Notes: a model not told the origin generated them from the sequence alone. Counted from the first letter of the stretch, positions 48,733 to 62,855 are shown. The stretch is DNA of 64,000 nt from Octopus bimaculoides (GCF_001194135.2 NC_068983.1:110355908-110419907); one strand, 5' to 3'. Made by a program: numbers and translations.

Positions 48733-50390
48733 TACGTATGTATATATACTTATATGAATACATTGAATGAATTATCGCAACACAGCATACCTACAAATAT
48801 ATCAGGGCATAAATGGACAAATTAAGTCAGGAAATTTCATGAGATATCAAAATAGAAGAAGCAGGTTTATACCGATATCGAAATCCACATAACAAAGCAA
48901 ATCACATGATTAAGAAATTACAGCTGCCTCTCCAGAGAAAAAACAAAAAGAAAACAATAAATATATAATCTATAACCTTGATAATTCGTTCGATTTAGTG
49001 GGGGGTATCTTTTCATATTTTCCATTTTTTCTCTTTCTGAATATGCCTAGAGTCATTTATCAGTTATATTTTCATTTCGAAGTTTCCATGGCAGAGTTAA
49101 GAACCAACACTTAGACGAACACATAGTTAAGCAAATGTAATCTATGCACTATTCACCGCTTCCAAATGTTAGAATAGTAAACATAAATTAAATTTAGTGA
49201 CCAAATTACGTCAATGTAAAAATGTGGCAAGTTGGTATTATATTAGGAAAATGTAATGTAAAAACAAAATTTAAAGAACGACATCATTCAAAAGCTATGA
49301 CATTCTGCAATATTATTAAAGTGGTGTGCGTTAGTTCTTTCTAAAATTCAATAAGTTCATAAAATATCATCTCAAACTTCATAAATTCATTGAGTCAAAC
49401 AATATTTGAAATTTATCTTTGATAAAGAAATATTCCTTTTGAAAGTTCAAACTATTTTTTAAACATCAAATTATCACCTGGTAAGAAGGAGAATATATGT
49501 CAAAATTTATAAATTCTATAATGGATAAAATATACTTTCATAAGCATATATTAACTGCAAGAGAACTCAACTACACGCAGTAGAGGACATTCAGTATAAT
49601 ACGACGAGACTATGTAAACTTTTAATAAAATTCACACAAGATAATTTCGAACGTATCCATTTTTACGGATTTAATAACGTTAGCATTCTGATATGTCCCT
49701 ATGTACATATATGCACCCCAAAACATCCATTGCTACCAGACTTGTAAACTATGTAAACTAAAATTTATACTGTGTCGCTGAAATAATAATGCATTAATTA
49801 GACTTTTGGTTCAGTTTACTACTACGAAGATATATGAATTAAAAAGTGCTTGATAGTGGGTAGAGGAGAGAGGTGGAAGCAGAGGATAGAAAAAGTGGAA
49901 TTCTAGGTAGATTTGTTTCTTGTTAGAACAATTTTGTTCAACAGATCGTTTGACGTACATCAGATAGCAGCAAAATGCCGCTTTAAATAAAATCTATATG
50001 GATAAATATAATTGCTTTAATACTACCTACGTGATTGTCATCACGGGAACATCTTTCAACATAGTTCTCTGGCACTACGACTTACCTGCGAACCTGTGAA
50101 TATACAAGAAAGAAGGAAGTTTAATTACAGCCAGCAAAGGAAGGTTTTCTAGCGTTGACTAAGATCTGTCAGACATGAAAAGGGCAATGGATTCACAGAT
50201 TATGTATTAATCCTGCGAACTAGGAACGGATACAAGAGAAAATATATAAACATTGTTGTATTTTTTGGATGGTCATTTTCTTCTTTCTTTGTACCAAATA
50301 AACACACTCACTTTATTTTTTTCTTCTCTCGTTTATTATTATTCTTATTTTATTATGTTTGACTCATGACCATCCTCCAGAAATCTTTCG

Positions 50391-50625
50391 TCACACATCT
50401 GCTATTGATCGAGCCTCCATGTTCTGTCTGAGCAAGTTGGTAGAGTACTGACGAGCTGCTTTTCCCTTCTTTGAGCTCTTGCCAATTTCACCTATACGCT
50501 CTCTTGTGCCGCATACAGTCTCTCTAATATAGGTAGCTGTCACGTTTATGCACCGTCCCTCAGTACATCGTAAGCTATACACTATATTCCTAACCTTACA
50601 GTTAACTTCTTTTTTTTGTTTCGGC
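50391..50625 (-). mobile_element. Penelope-like GIY-YIG endonuclease remnant
   Basis: NCKVRNIVYSLRCTEGRCINVTATYIRETVCGTRERIGE resembles C..KNVVY.L.C...C....YIGET.R....R..EH. Confidence 0.72.
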
Positions 50626-51052
50626 ATTTTCGAACCCGTAAGAAAGTCATTCACTGAGCAGATTCGGTGTACTTATTTGCACCTGTTTGTCACAGTGAGA
50701 AATTTTCCCCATGACAAACATAGTGATTGACTTCCTTATTGATACCAATAATTTTCACTCATACAGGAACCCATATGCTGGTAGCAAGTTTTAATTTACA
50801 CACATCACTGCTTAGCGTGTTTACCCGGTGCTCTATTTAAGGTGAGTCGTTGAACAAGGCTACCGGTCATGGAATGATGACGGGGAATATCATAAGAGAG
50901 ATGCGGTTTTTCGTGTCAACTTGCAGCGCCGCCTTGTCCAGTTTCTATGGCCGAGGAGATAGCTACTCTGAAATGCTTGCATCCAACATTCTGATCAAGC
51001 ATCACTGCGAGTTTATTCATTGTATTTACACCTATTTGTCAACTGCAAGGAC
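50626..51052 (+). mobile_element. PLE pseudo-LTR-like repeat, same family as 48.1-48.6 kb and 37.2-38.0 kb
   Basis: gcattttcgaacccgtaagaaagtcattcactgagcagattcggtg...ccccatgacaaa matches 48400-48500. 50925-51045 matches the reverse complement of 48105-48250. Confidence 0.65.
50946..50987 (+). ncRNA. Degenerate type I hammerhead motif
   Basis: tatgg-CCGAGGA-GATAGCTACTCT-GAAA-TGC(tt)GCA-T-C-caac. Stem III is ATGC/GCAT, the triplet is AUC, and the stem II loop is homologous to the 37-kb and 48-kb copies. Confidence 0.55.
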
Positions 51053-51988
51053 CATATATGCGTATGCGTGTATATATATATATATATAAAATATATATAT
51101 ATATATATATNNNNNNNNNNNNNNNNNNNNNNNNNNNNNNNNNNNNNNNNNNNNNNNNNNNNNNNNNNNNNNNNNNNNNNNNNNNNNNNNNNNNNNNNNN
51201 NNNNNNNNNNNNNNNNNNNNNNNNNNNNNNNNNNNNNNNNNNNNNNNNNNNNNNNNNNNNNNNNNNNNNNNNNNNNNNNNNNNNNNNNNNNNNNNNNNNN
51301 NNNNNNNNNNNNNNNNNNNNNNNNNNNNNNNNNNNNNNNNNNNNNNNNNNNNNNNNNNNNNNNNNNNNNNNNNNNNNNNNNNNNNNNNNNNNNNNNNNNN
51401 NNNNNNNNNNNNNNNNNNNNNNNNNNNNNNNNNNNNNNNNNNNNNNNNNNNNNNNNNNNNNNNNNNNNNNNNNNNNNNNNNNNNNNNNNNNNNNNNNNNN
51501 NNNNNNNNNNNNNNNNNNNNNNNNNNNNNNNNNNNNNNNNNNNNNNNNNNNNNNNNNNNNNNNNNNNNNNNNNNNNNNNNNNNNNNNNNNNNNNNNNNNN
51601 NNNNNNNNNNNNNNNNNNNNNNNNNNNNNNNNNNNNNNNNNNNNNNNNNNNNNNNNNNNNNNNNNNNNNNNNNNNNNNNNNNNNNNNNNNNNNNNNNNNN
51701 NNNNNNNNNNNNNNNNNNNNNNNNNNNNNNNNNNNNNNNNNNNNNNNNNNNNNNNNNNNNNNNNNNNNNNNNNNNNNNNNNNNNNNNNNNNNNNNNNNNN
51801 NNNNNNNNNNNNNNNNNNNNNNNNNNNNNNNNNNNNNNNNNNNNNNNNNNNNNNNNNNNNNNNNNNNNNNNNNNNNNNNNNNNNNNNNNNNNNNNNNNNN
51901 NNNNNNNNNNNNNNNNNNNNNNNNNNNNNNNNNNNNNNNNNNNNNNNNNNNNNNNNNNNNNNNNNNNNNNNNNNNNNNNNNNNNNNNN

Positions 51989-52029
<41 letters not shown>

Positions 52030-52354
52030 GTGTTTGTATGTATGTTTGTAGGTGTGTATATATATATATATATGCATATCGGCATAATTTTACTGTTGTG
52101 CATAAGCGATTACGTATATTACCCAGCACCATGGCTCTGCAGATGCAAACATCATTTCTAAAGCACGTTTTATAAAACACCAAGCAGATACTTATTAATA
52201 CATGTCTCTTTCTCAGTAGGCCGTGTTTCTTGTCACTAGGAAAGCTAAAGAATAATACGGTTTGACATCATTTCATATCATATTGATTGCAGAAGAAAGA
52301 GTAGAGGAACAAAGACCGCAAGATTTTCTATCTGTTCCAGTGCAGAAATACAGA

Positions 52355-52479
52355 AACCATCGGCTCACACACACACATATTCGATGTGACACGCGTCCAT
52401 ACACATATATATATAAACGCATAAATAATATACTCATGCATAAAGATATTTGTACATAATCACAAGTGCACACACACAA

Positions 52480-52512
<33 letters not shown>

Positions 52513-52700
52513 CACACACGCATAACATATGCACGCACACACTCACAGACACACAGAAGGATATAGTGTTGTGTACATGAACGAATCTCTTAGGCTCCGA
52601 ATAAATTTTTAGTCGAGTAATATTTTTTCTCTTTAAATGTACACACACATACACACACACACACAACCACACACACGCACACACAAACACACACACATAT
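52355..52700. repeat. (CA)-rich low-complexity tracts
   Basis: Direct reading. Confidence 0.85.
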
Positions 52701-53782
52701 TTATTTATTCATTTATTTATTTATAAATCTCTGTTAATTTACCAGAAGTGATAAATTACAAGACTCAATAAAAATGTAGATTATTCTTTAATACATTATA
52801 ACTGAAAGGGTGTGTACACGGATGTTCATTTTGCATGCGCTCGTACAGACGTATTCACATACACATATGTACACTCGTAGACACATGTATACACTGGATT
52901 ATATTCATGTATACATATATACACAATTGTATACCTATATGCATATACTTGTATACATATTTAGATATAGTCAGCACTCGCATTAACAATTATATCAATC
53001 AGATCGACTAATTAAATATTTCGAAAACCATTATTTTTACTCTAAACCAGAACGAAAATTCGAGGAAGCTTGTACTTGCATAAAAGATATTTATTCGCGT
53101 TGATACCAGGCGTTAGAAGTTCATTGCTTTCGTTCAAACTATTGGTGTCTTGGGTAAAAATTCCCAGTTATTCACTCAGATAAAAATCACACCACCTCTC
53201 AGATTTGAAGCTATCGTTCCGCTATGGTTGCACATTATGCACAATAGAGCAGGTAAGTTTGAATTCATGAGGACTTGCCTCAGTCAAGAACAACATTTCA
53301 GTACAGTTGTCTCTCGTAGTCCAAGAGAGACGGTTGTGTAACTTCTTGTTTAACAACCAGTACCATGGTTTCTTTATTGTGATCAAAGGCTTGAGCTGTA
53401 CATGCATATATATATATNNNNNNNNNNNNNNNNNNNNNNNNNNNNNNNNNNNNNNNNNNNNNNNNNNNNNNNNNNNNNNNNNNNNNNNNNNNNNNNNNNN
53501 NNNNNNNNNNNNNNNNNNNNNNNNNNNNNNNNNNNNNNNNNNNNNNNNNNNNNNNNNNNNNNNNNNNNNNNNNNNNNNNNNNNNNNNNNNNNNNNNNNNN
53601 NNNNNNNNNNNNNNNNNNNNNNNNNNNNNNNNNNNNNNNNNNNNNNNNNNNNNNNNNNNNNNNNNNNNNNNNNNNNNNNNNNNNNNNNNNNNNNNNNNNN
53701 NNNNNNNNNNNNNNNNNNNNNNNNNNNNNNNNNNNNNNNNNNNNNNNNNNNNNNNNNNNNNNNNNNNNNNNNNNNNNTATAC

Positions 53783-53968
53783 AAGTGTCTGTCTGTCTGT
53801 GTTTATCCTCCTAACATCGCTTGACAACCGATTCTGGTGTGTTTACGTCCCCTTAGCCCGATAGAATAAGTACTAAGCTTACAAAGAATAAGTCCTGAGG
53901 TCTTTGCTCGACTAAAGGCGGTACTCCAGCATGGCCGTAGTCAAATGAGTAAAACAAGTAAAAGAATA
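53783..53968 (+). mobile_element. Octopus-type SINE (cgcttgacaaccgat...gatagaataagtact...cgactaaaggcggt family)
   Basis: Shares the gatagaataagtac...tcctgaggtc...tcgact block with the other SINE tails in the window and ends in an aaacaagtaaaaga tail. Confidence 0.8.
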
Positions 53969-54019
53969 TATATATATATATATATATACAGAGAGAGAGA
54001 GAGAGTGGAAAGACAGAAA

Positions 54020-54165
54020 CAGAGAGGTCTTCACGGAGTAGGTGTAGACTTTTGCAAGAATCAACCTAATCTCCAGCTGTCCAGGGTCCCAGACGAACCC
54101 ATATAACGGTAAGAAACTAAAAAAATGACAGCAGTTTCGAGCTCCCTCCTTCACCAAAGAAGAAT
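54020..54165 (+). mobile_element. CR1/L2-type LINE extreme 3' coding fragment
   Basis: HGVGVDFCKNQPNLQLSRVPDEPI*R*ETKKMTAVSSSLLHQ resembles the FK..LD..L..VPDEP.......SNSL C-terminus. Confidence 0.55.
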
Positions 54166-55754
54166 AAAAGAATATATGCTTGTGTGCGTGCGTATGTGTG
54201 TAGAACACTCCACAAACTGAAAATTAACGATATTCAGATAAACAGTAAAATAAAGCTCCAGTCATTATGAATGGATTTGTTTAAAGATTGAATTCACTAA
54301 TTTTATTCTAGTGAGGAAATATAAGAAATCCTGATACAATTTATGAATTCTGATATGCGAATGTAATAAATCGAAATTTAAAATGTTAAAATGTTTTACA
54401 GTCTTCAAATAAATAGGGGGAAGGAAAATTTGAATAAAACCTTTATAAGAACAAAATCATATACCAAATATATAGTTTTCTGATTATGAAATATGTTGAC
54501 AAACCCAGTAGTAGTCTCATATTATTTTTTTTAATTTATTGAACCCTGTGATGATACGTTATAACAGTATAAATATTATATTATGATTCATTGCTTATTA
54601 TTTCCGCAGACGTTTTATTCCAACTATTATTGTTTATCATGCAGAGTAGATAAAACTGTTTATGAGAAAGTTTTCACTTCTCAAATATAGATTCGTATTA
54701 TCATTCAGAATTAACCCCATAAATATACCCTTAATGTTTTGAAAGATAATAATAAATTCAATGAGTATTATTTTCGACGAACTGTAAAAGATATTATTTT
54801 AAAAACTTGCTCTTTTAATTTTATCTTCCTTTCAAATAAAAGTGTAATGGCGTACATACTGGGTCTTTTTCAATAATTGCATACTTCAAGCAGTAACGTT
54901 GATTTAGTGCTTTCGGTCAAATTTCAACATTTAAAGTCCAACAAATCGTTTAAAATTAAATCAAGAAGTTAAAATCTAGTTTATTCCGTGATATTATTCA
55001 TAAAAGTTTTCTCTTCTCTGTGCAACTTGAGTATTGTAAAATTTAATGCATTATAGATTTGAACTACTTTTCTTAGACCACGGACCAAAGATAATTTATT
55101 TCATTTTATGATATTATGTATAATCTGTGAAATCACTATTACTCAGTATAATGTAACAATTTAATACAGAAGTAAATGTATGTTAAAATAACTCGTAGAA
55201 TGGTTTTAGCGTAAATTACGAATTTATTCTGTACTATTTATTCGGAGTAAGTCTGAGTTAAAAATACATCCAATGTAAATATTAATAGAACATATCCTGC
55301 TGAGCGAATTTGCATGTTTGTGTTTATGAACCATTATTAAATTGCGTGTAAGCAGTACCATACAGTTCAATATTTAGAAGCATATTTATATTTTAATACG
55401 TGTGTGGGCTTACTCTTATTTAGTGGAAGGAAGATCGAAGAAAACTCAAAATATATTGAATTGATTTCAGTTCCAGATTTGCTATCTTCCTTTAAATCCA
55501 CTACCGATATGTAAGTATAAGCAACTCAGAAATTATATAGAAAATTTTTCAGCTTGATAAACATGTCGCATTATCAGAAAATTTTGATATATCCCATGTT
55601 TCTTATTCCATGTTTTATCCATGTTTATCAAATGCAAGGATCTCACATATATCATATTCTGATTTAAAAATCTGTAAAGGGATTAAAATGCTTTTAAGTT
55701 TTGTAAATATGCACACATACATGGTAAATCATTGTACTAACTAAAAGATAAAGA

Positions 55755-56022
55755 GTAAAGACTCCCTTCGGTCATAAATAATCATGCGATTGCACCTAGA
55801 GAGTTCCCCTCCGAGGCACAAATCGGGCAAATTTACTTACAGAAGACCAGCAGTCACTCAGTCTTATCAGTCTCCCCTCTCCATGTAACCAATGTTATCT
55901 AAGGGAAAGGCAAAGGCTAATACAGCTTGGCACCATTGACTTTGCAACTCATTTCTACAACTGAGTGAACTGGAACAACGAGAAATAAAGTGTCTTGCTC
56001 AAGAATACGGCACACAGCCTGG
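55755..56022 (-). mobile_element. CORE-type tRNA SINE, 5'-truncated
   Basis: The reverse complement reads ctgtgtgccgtattcttgagcaagacactttatttc...cagttcactcagttgtagaaatgagttgc, which includes a CORE-like ttgagcaagacactt block. Confidence 0.75.
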
Positions 56023-59000
56023 TACTGACTAAAATTAAGATTATTGCAAAGGTTACTAACTAAAACCACGATACTGGTTATCTTTCCTTTTCCAATCATT
56101 AAAAGTATTTGGAATTTATTTAGCAAATGTTTCACTAAAGTAAATTAGATTCAATGAAATTTAAGTAGATTACGTTTACTGTTTGATTAATGACAAACCT
56201 AAATGATGATTACTCTGTAATTTCGTAGCATGTCATCAAGCTTTCCGGATTGTCTCTTCAATTACCTCTCTTCCTACCACTCTGATCTCCTTTTCTTTTC
56301 TTCTTTTATCACACTTTTGTTTGCTTGTGTGTTTCTACTGAAGTATATATATATATATTTAACTGTCAAAGAAATTATCTGTATATGCCTGGTGTACACT
56401 ACTAAATAATTTTTATTTATTCTAATTATAGCAATTTCTTTGGTTGCCCCAATTTCTAAGTACACTCTTGTCCCTCTACTTTACTGGCTACCACACTTAC
56501 AGTCTGTTTTCTTGGCTCACCTGTATACCGCTTAAATCATTCCTCATAGTTGTTCCTCTATTCTCCAAATCACCTCTTTATTACATTCTTTATTTGTGTA
56601 CTTGCTACGAAAGCAACAGCACTCAAAGTGCATGAGCCTCAGGGAACTGAATTGTTATGTCCTATATACACTTTGTTTTGTTATAAGTTACTAGCGATGG
56701 TTTTAATATATTTTAGCTATGTCTTTTCATACATTAAATAGATACTGATTTTAAAAAGGTCCGTTGTAGAAATGTTCACTTCCTCATCTTTGAAACATAT
56801 TTTCAACATTGATTTGGTACATTTTTTAAAGTATTTGTAGTTAGCAATTTTGAATTGTTATTTCTCTACGTTTTCAGGTGGTATCTTTCATATACATGGA
56901 AAAGAATGAATGAGAAGTTTCTCTGAAATAATCCGGTTTTTTTTCAAAAGATTTAGAATCAGACAAATACCAAAATCAATACATGAAATAGTGCAGGTCA
57001 AATTTGGAAAGGTATGCAAAAAAAAAAAAAATGAAAAGATCAAGAACAAATAACTTTCTAAAACACTTACTATCACCTGTTGCCAAGCAAGAAAAATAGT
57101 CGTTGATAACGATTTATTCATTTGCTTTTATATAATCTAAGTGTTGTGTGAGTCAGAAGCTTCGAGCGGAGAATAAATATCAAATAATGGTATTTGTAGT
57201 TTCTATTTAGTGATATTCTTTCAGAATATTTTAAAGTTTTTTTTTATATATTGTTAGTTTCATTGATATATTTCCATGCATCTTGTAGAATTTTCGTCAT
57301 GTATTGAATTTGTTTTAAAATATATGTTAGAGCAAAAAAAAAAAACTGTTTTATCTCCAGAACACTTCTGCACGGAATCATGTGAGGATAGAATACACTA
57401 CTCAACATTAGCAACTCCATAAAATTCATTTTATGAAAATATTGTATCCATTATATCTGTACTTGTATAGCTAATGTTGAAAAGGAATCTTCATCTGTAT
57501 TTCAGCAGTCTTTATCCCATACAATATGAGTATCATATAAAGTTCACTGTACAGCTATAACCAGGCATACCAAATACTAAGTAATAAATTTAATCGAATA
57601 AATTATTTATTCCCTGTGTACTCACATTTCCAAGATTGAGTTAGGTTGTTAAATGAAGTCTCATGAATCTATTATCGTCTTCCTCCATCTTTGACACATA
57701 TAATCCTTTTGTTATGTAGCATGTTCCGTCTTGCTTTTAGAAAGTCTTAGAAAGGCTTTCATATATTCGATCTAATCAGATTGGGTAAATTGGTTCTTAT
57801 GGCTTTGTATTCAGGTATTTATGCCTAAGATCACAGTATAGTTTATGAATGCAAGTAATTGCAACAAATATTCTAGGAATGTTTATGCCATCGTACTAAA
57901 CATTACGATTATACACCGCCAATATATATGTACATATACAACATATCTAAGACATATTTTGTACAAATATTTGTGACAATGAAAATAAATGTCTATGTGA
58001 ATTTTAGTTGTTTGAGAATATATAAATTTCTGTAACAAACTAAAACTACACAGATATTTCTTTGCACAACCACAAATATTTAAGTAGGAAAAAAAAATGC
58101 AGCATTACACGTAAAGTCACTGAATATTTACTTAAATTCCTAACGTTGGGTGAGAAATTACTATGGAACTAAGATTGGGATTCACATAGCAATCTGTCAA
58201 AATCGAGAATGATGTACTTCCGGATCAAGAGCTATTAGCATGTGTGCACGGGAAACTTGTAATTTCTATGCAAACGGCATGCAAATAGCGCGGATCTATC
58301 GATTAGGACAGCTGACCAACCCAAATGATTTTACAAGCTGAGTTCGCTGAGTTTTAAATTTCTTTTCATGGCTTTATATTATTGATGAATATTCATCCGA
58401 CAATATTAAGATTTCACGTTCGACGAATGACGAAATTCCTTGCTGTCCTATTGTGAGTGAGAGCTTCTCAGTGTTTGGTTCTAATGCTGCAGTTTATTAA
58501 TATTAAATGTAGGTAATTGTCAAAGAGCTTCGGATTTCCTCCACTTGTTTATTTCCCCTTCCTCAGGCAGACGTAGACGATAGTATTTAGTGATCATTTA
58601 TACTTCGATGATAAACACGGAGAAATTTGGAACAATAAAGAAGTTGCACATAAATAACTTATATATAACTCAGTTTTCGCAGAATGAACGAAACTGTTCA
58701 GATCTGCGACTATAACATGCAAGATTAATACAGAATAAAATTAATTCAGAAATCTTATAAAAGGTATGTGAAAATTTCTTAGAGACGTTTGAATAACATA
58801 ATGTTTATTCAATCTATGCGGGTGTCATCAGCTAGCATTAAAGAAATTATAAGGTGGACTAGTTGTTGCCAACCGAACACAATATGGCCTTTGAACAATC
58901 ACAGGTATGCCTGATCTAATATATTTTCGTAAATCAGAGGGAGCGAACAGGATATACTTATTTTCTTCAGAAAGTGCCTATAGCACGCAGTTGCTTTAAA

Positions 59001-59295
59001 ACGCAAACAGCGAACTATCTAAATTGAGACGTCAATGTTTTCCAAGTAAAATAGTTCGATATGTTCATCTTCCTGATTATACTTACGATGTACAGTATTT
59101 ACTCACGCACACTCAATCACAAATACTCCCACACGCACACACAGACACATATACGCGCACACACACACGTGCGTGCACACACATACATAGACATATATAC
59201 ACACACACATTCACATGGACTGATATATAATTTCGTGACACATGATGAAAACCGCTCTGTTACAAAACATGTGCAATATGTACTTACATATATAG

Positions 59296-59297
<2 letters not shown>

Positions 59298-59350
<53 letters not shown>

Positions 59351-59505
59351 TCCACACTCACATACACACACACATATCTGTGTGTCTGTGTGTGTCTGTG
59401 TATGTATGTGTGTATGTATGCATGCATGTATGTATGTATGTATGTATGTATGTAAGTATGTATGTATGTATGCGTGCATGCATGCATGCATGAATGTATG
59501 TATGT
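59298..59505. repeat. (CA)n plus (TATG)n microsatellites
   Basis: Direct reading. Confidence 0.95.
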
Positions 59506-60112
59506 AATTTATGAGTAGATACTACTTAAAATAACAGTACTCTCAGTCATTTTCCAGCTGCTCAGCTCAAGGAAACTATATAAAATGGCCCAAACTGGAA
59601 AACAAGCTCTAAACGAGAACAGACGTTATTTTAAGCCTCAGTGTATTCAAATAATGAAAAACTACAGCGGAGCAGATGTTTCTGTGCGCGTGTTTCTGAA
59701 TTGGCTAACACGCTATAAAACCATACAAACATGAATATAATACAAATAATACATGCGAACATACACTTTTAACCAAACACTCATATACATGCTGAATCTT
59801 TGTCATGCTTCAAGATGCCTATTTGAATTAAAGAAACTGAACAATCCATCCATTGAATTAACGTGTAACTCGTTAAACATTTCATAGAAATGTGTACTTT
59901 TAAACGGAATGAATGTGACATCAAGTAGCCAGGGCAGAACTGTAAATTATGTTTACAATCAAAACGACTGACTCACATATATCCTTCCTTCTATTAATTT
60001 CTATGCCTAAGTGTTGGGTCAATCCAAAAATATTTTGGAATATACCTAAATAAAATCCATGAGGCTCGAAAAATGTATGATCTTCAAGTGGCAAGCATCA
60101 AATATATGTAAT

Positions 60113-60337
60113 TCTTTATTGCCCACAATGGGCTAAACATAGAGGGGACAAACAAGGACAGATAAAAGGACTAAGTCGATTACATCGACCCCAGTGCGTA
60201 AGTGGTATTTATTTAATCGACCCCGAAAGTATGAAAGGCAAAGTTAACCTAGGCGGAATTTGAACTCAGAACGTAGCGGCAGACGAAATACCGTCAAGCA
60301 CTTCGCCCGGCGTGCTAACCATTCTACCAGCTCACCG
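60113..60337 (-). mobile_element. Near full-length tRNA-derived SINE (best-preserved copy in the window)
   Basis: Reverse complement: cggtgagctggtagaatggttagcacgccgggcgaagtgcttgacggtatttcgtctgccgctacgttctgagttcaaattccgcc...gcctttcatactttcggggtcgat...actggggtcgatgtaatcgact..., with A- and B-box-like motifs. Confidence 0.9.
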
Positions 60338-62744
60338 TTTTAATTTATAAATATATGTAATATTGGCTTTGAACCAAAATTCATATAATTTTCCAATTTG
60401 TAGAATTATAACACCTNNNNNNNNNNNNNNNNNNNNNNNNNNNNNNNNNNNNNNNNNNNNNNNNNNNNNNNNNNNNNNNNNNNNNNNNNNNNNNNNNNNN
60501 TATATATATATATATATTCCCTCTAACTTTCGCCTGTCTTAGCCATGCAACTATTTATCTGTTCCTATGTTGTTTGGTGCACACACACGTATACACACAT
60601 CCGCACACGTACACACACACGCAGATAGACACACACACAGAATACACACATTATACTTTATTGGGCTGGCTATCATTATTTTTGCTTTATGAAGTTTAGT
60701 TTATCATTGAAGCTAGTAATTTTTAATATTTTCTTTATATATATGAAGATAATGCAATTTAAAGCAATATCCTTTCTAGTTCGGTAGTGAAATAGTTGAA
60801 CGGTTTAATGAAAATCTGAAAGTCTGAACATATTAATGAATAACAGATTGAGGCATTCAATTTTCCAGCTTTTTTAATTAGCATCATTTATTGAGTGACC
60901 GATGTGCTGTACTTTGCATATATATTGTATTAAATGTTAGCATTATAGGTTTTGTTGATAACTAGTTCCAAGCATAGTTTACATCGACTTTTGACTCGTT
61001 TCCATTTCACAAAAATATCAGACAGGAATATCGATATAAAAGAAGGGAATAACGATATGTACTTTCTTTCCCCCGTTTTGCAGCGAAGCCATCTTATAGT
61101 AATCTTTGACCCCTTGATTGATCATTAAAAATAAACATCTAATAGATTCAATTGATTCAGTACGTAAAAATTTGTCTATTTTTAAAATACTTTTGATATT
61201 CTAAAATGTGGTTGTATTGAGTTGATTTTTGAAACTGACGAAAGCTACTGACACTTAACCCCTGAAATCGTTTTTGGAGAAAAGAAACACTTTCATTTTG
61301 CCTACAAACAGAATAGAGTTTCTATATTTAGTATCTTAAAACTCATATTTTTCAGAATTCTGTTACATACAGGCATTAAGCATACTTATAAAACTTAAAT
61401 ACGTTTAAATACATTGAAATAAGTTGAATATTTTATTGGTTATGAATAGCAATGTACATGTAATTATGATATCTGATAAGCACACATATGTTGTTTTAAA
61501 TGGAAATCATTTTAATTTCTGCATATTTTTATTATATTTTTGCTATGCCTACATTTCAAGCGGAATAAGTGAACGTTTAAGTATCTCATTCTTTTTATTA
61601 CCCTCACTATTTATCAATTATGTATTGGTGGTTAATAATTAAAAACAACAAATTCTTATCGATTTGTATATCAAAACAAGCGCGTTACAACTTCTATGAA
61701 TTAAATTTTTATCGACCGATATTCTGTAATAAAGATATTTGTGTTTGATTGGACTAATTATTTAGATATCTGTATTGCACCTCATAAATGCTAGTTATAT
61801 TCTATATATACTATATATTTTTTATTATGTAAGCTATCACTTTCAAATAAAGCCACAGAAAAAAAGTTTGGATAAGTATTCAAAATGTGGAGAGAAACTA
61901 AACATTCTGAAAGTAATTAACATTTTCTGCTACAACTGCTCATTGGCTTTAATCACAGATTAAAGGTGAATGGAAATAATTTTATGTGGAAAGAAAAATA
62001 TATTTTAACTGCATAGTTCATCAAATATTCATGAATACTTAGTCAAATGTTGTAAAGAAATAAATTTGATATATATATTTTAAATATTTCTATTAAGTAG
62101 ATGAACACTTGAAAAAACTTTTAGAAATAATTTAGCAATGTATACTATCTTTGTAAGTATATTTGAAAGAGACTTAAATGTAAAACAAGTAATAAATAAT
62201 GTTTTCATGCTACATATATTTAAGAAAAACTGAATGAAACCTAAAAACAAAAACATTGCAAATCACCACACATGACTTTGTTTTAAACGACCGAGAAAAG
62301 TATGTTTGTAATGCGATATGAAAATAAGGTATTCAAGGAAAAATACTAGATCAATGCTATAGCAATTAATTGGTCTGTCAGTTTGTAATGGCATAAACAA
62401 AAAACGTAAAGTGAGTTATCTATATCTGTTAAGTATATGTTGTGTGTATACGAATTCTCTATCTTTTCTCCCCTGTCACACACAGTAAGTGTATGTGCAT
62501 TTGTGACTGTATGTGTATGCACATAAAACAAAGGATAGATATAAAAATTTAAAAAATAATCAGACCAATGCAGAAATATAACCTAACAATTTTATTGCAA
62601 TGTATTTCCAGTACAGCGCAAGTTGTTAACCAATTAACCTTTTGGTAATCAGAAGTATCAATCTGTCTTATGCATTTCTTTCGTAGAAGGGGAACATTCG
62701 GTTATAATGATGTCATTATTAGAATGGCATTTTCTTAAGGATCA

Positions 62745-62855
62745 CAGGGAGCTAAACGTCATATTATCGACGATGAGATTTGAACTCAGAAAACTTATTC
62801 TTACCTTAAGGCATTTTGTCTGACGCCCAAAACATTTTGTCTATCCACCACCTTA
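62745..62855 (-). mobile_element. Degenerate SINE head fragment
   Basis: gagatttgaactcagaa...aggcattttgtctgacgc matches the head of the 60.1-kb family. Confidence 0.55.

Noticed and set aside
60260-60337. tRNA-like sequence (also at 30160 and 48670)
   Set aside because: No complete cloverleaf. These are SINE heads continuous with SINE bodies.
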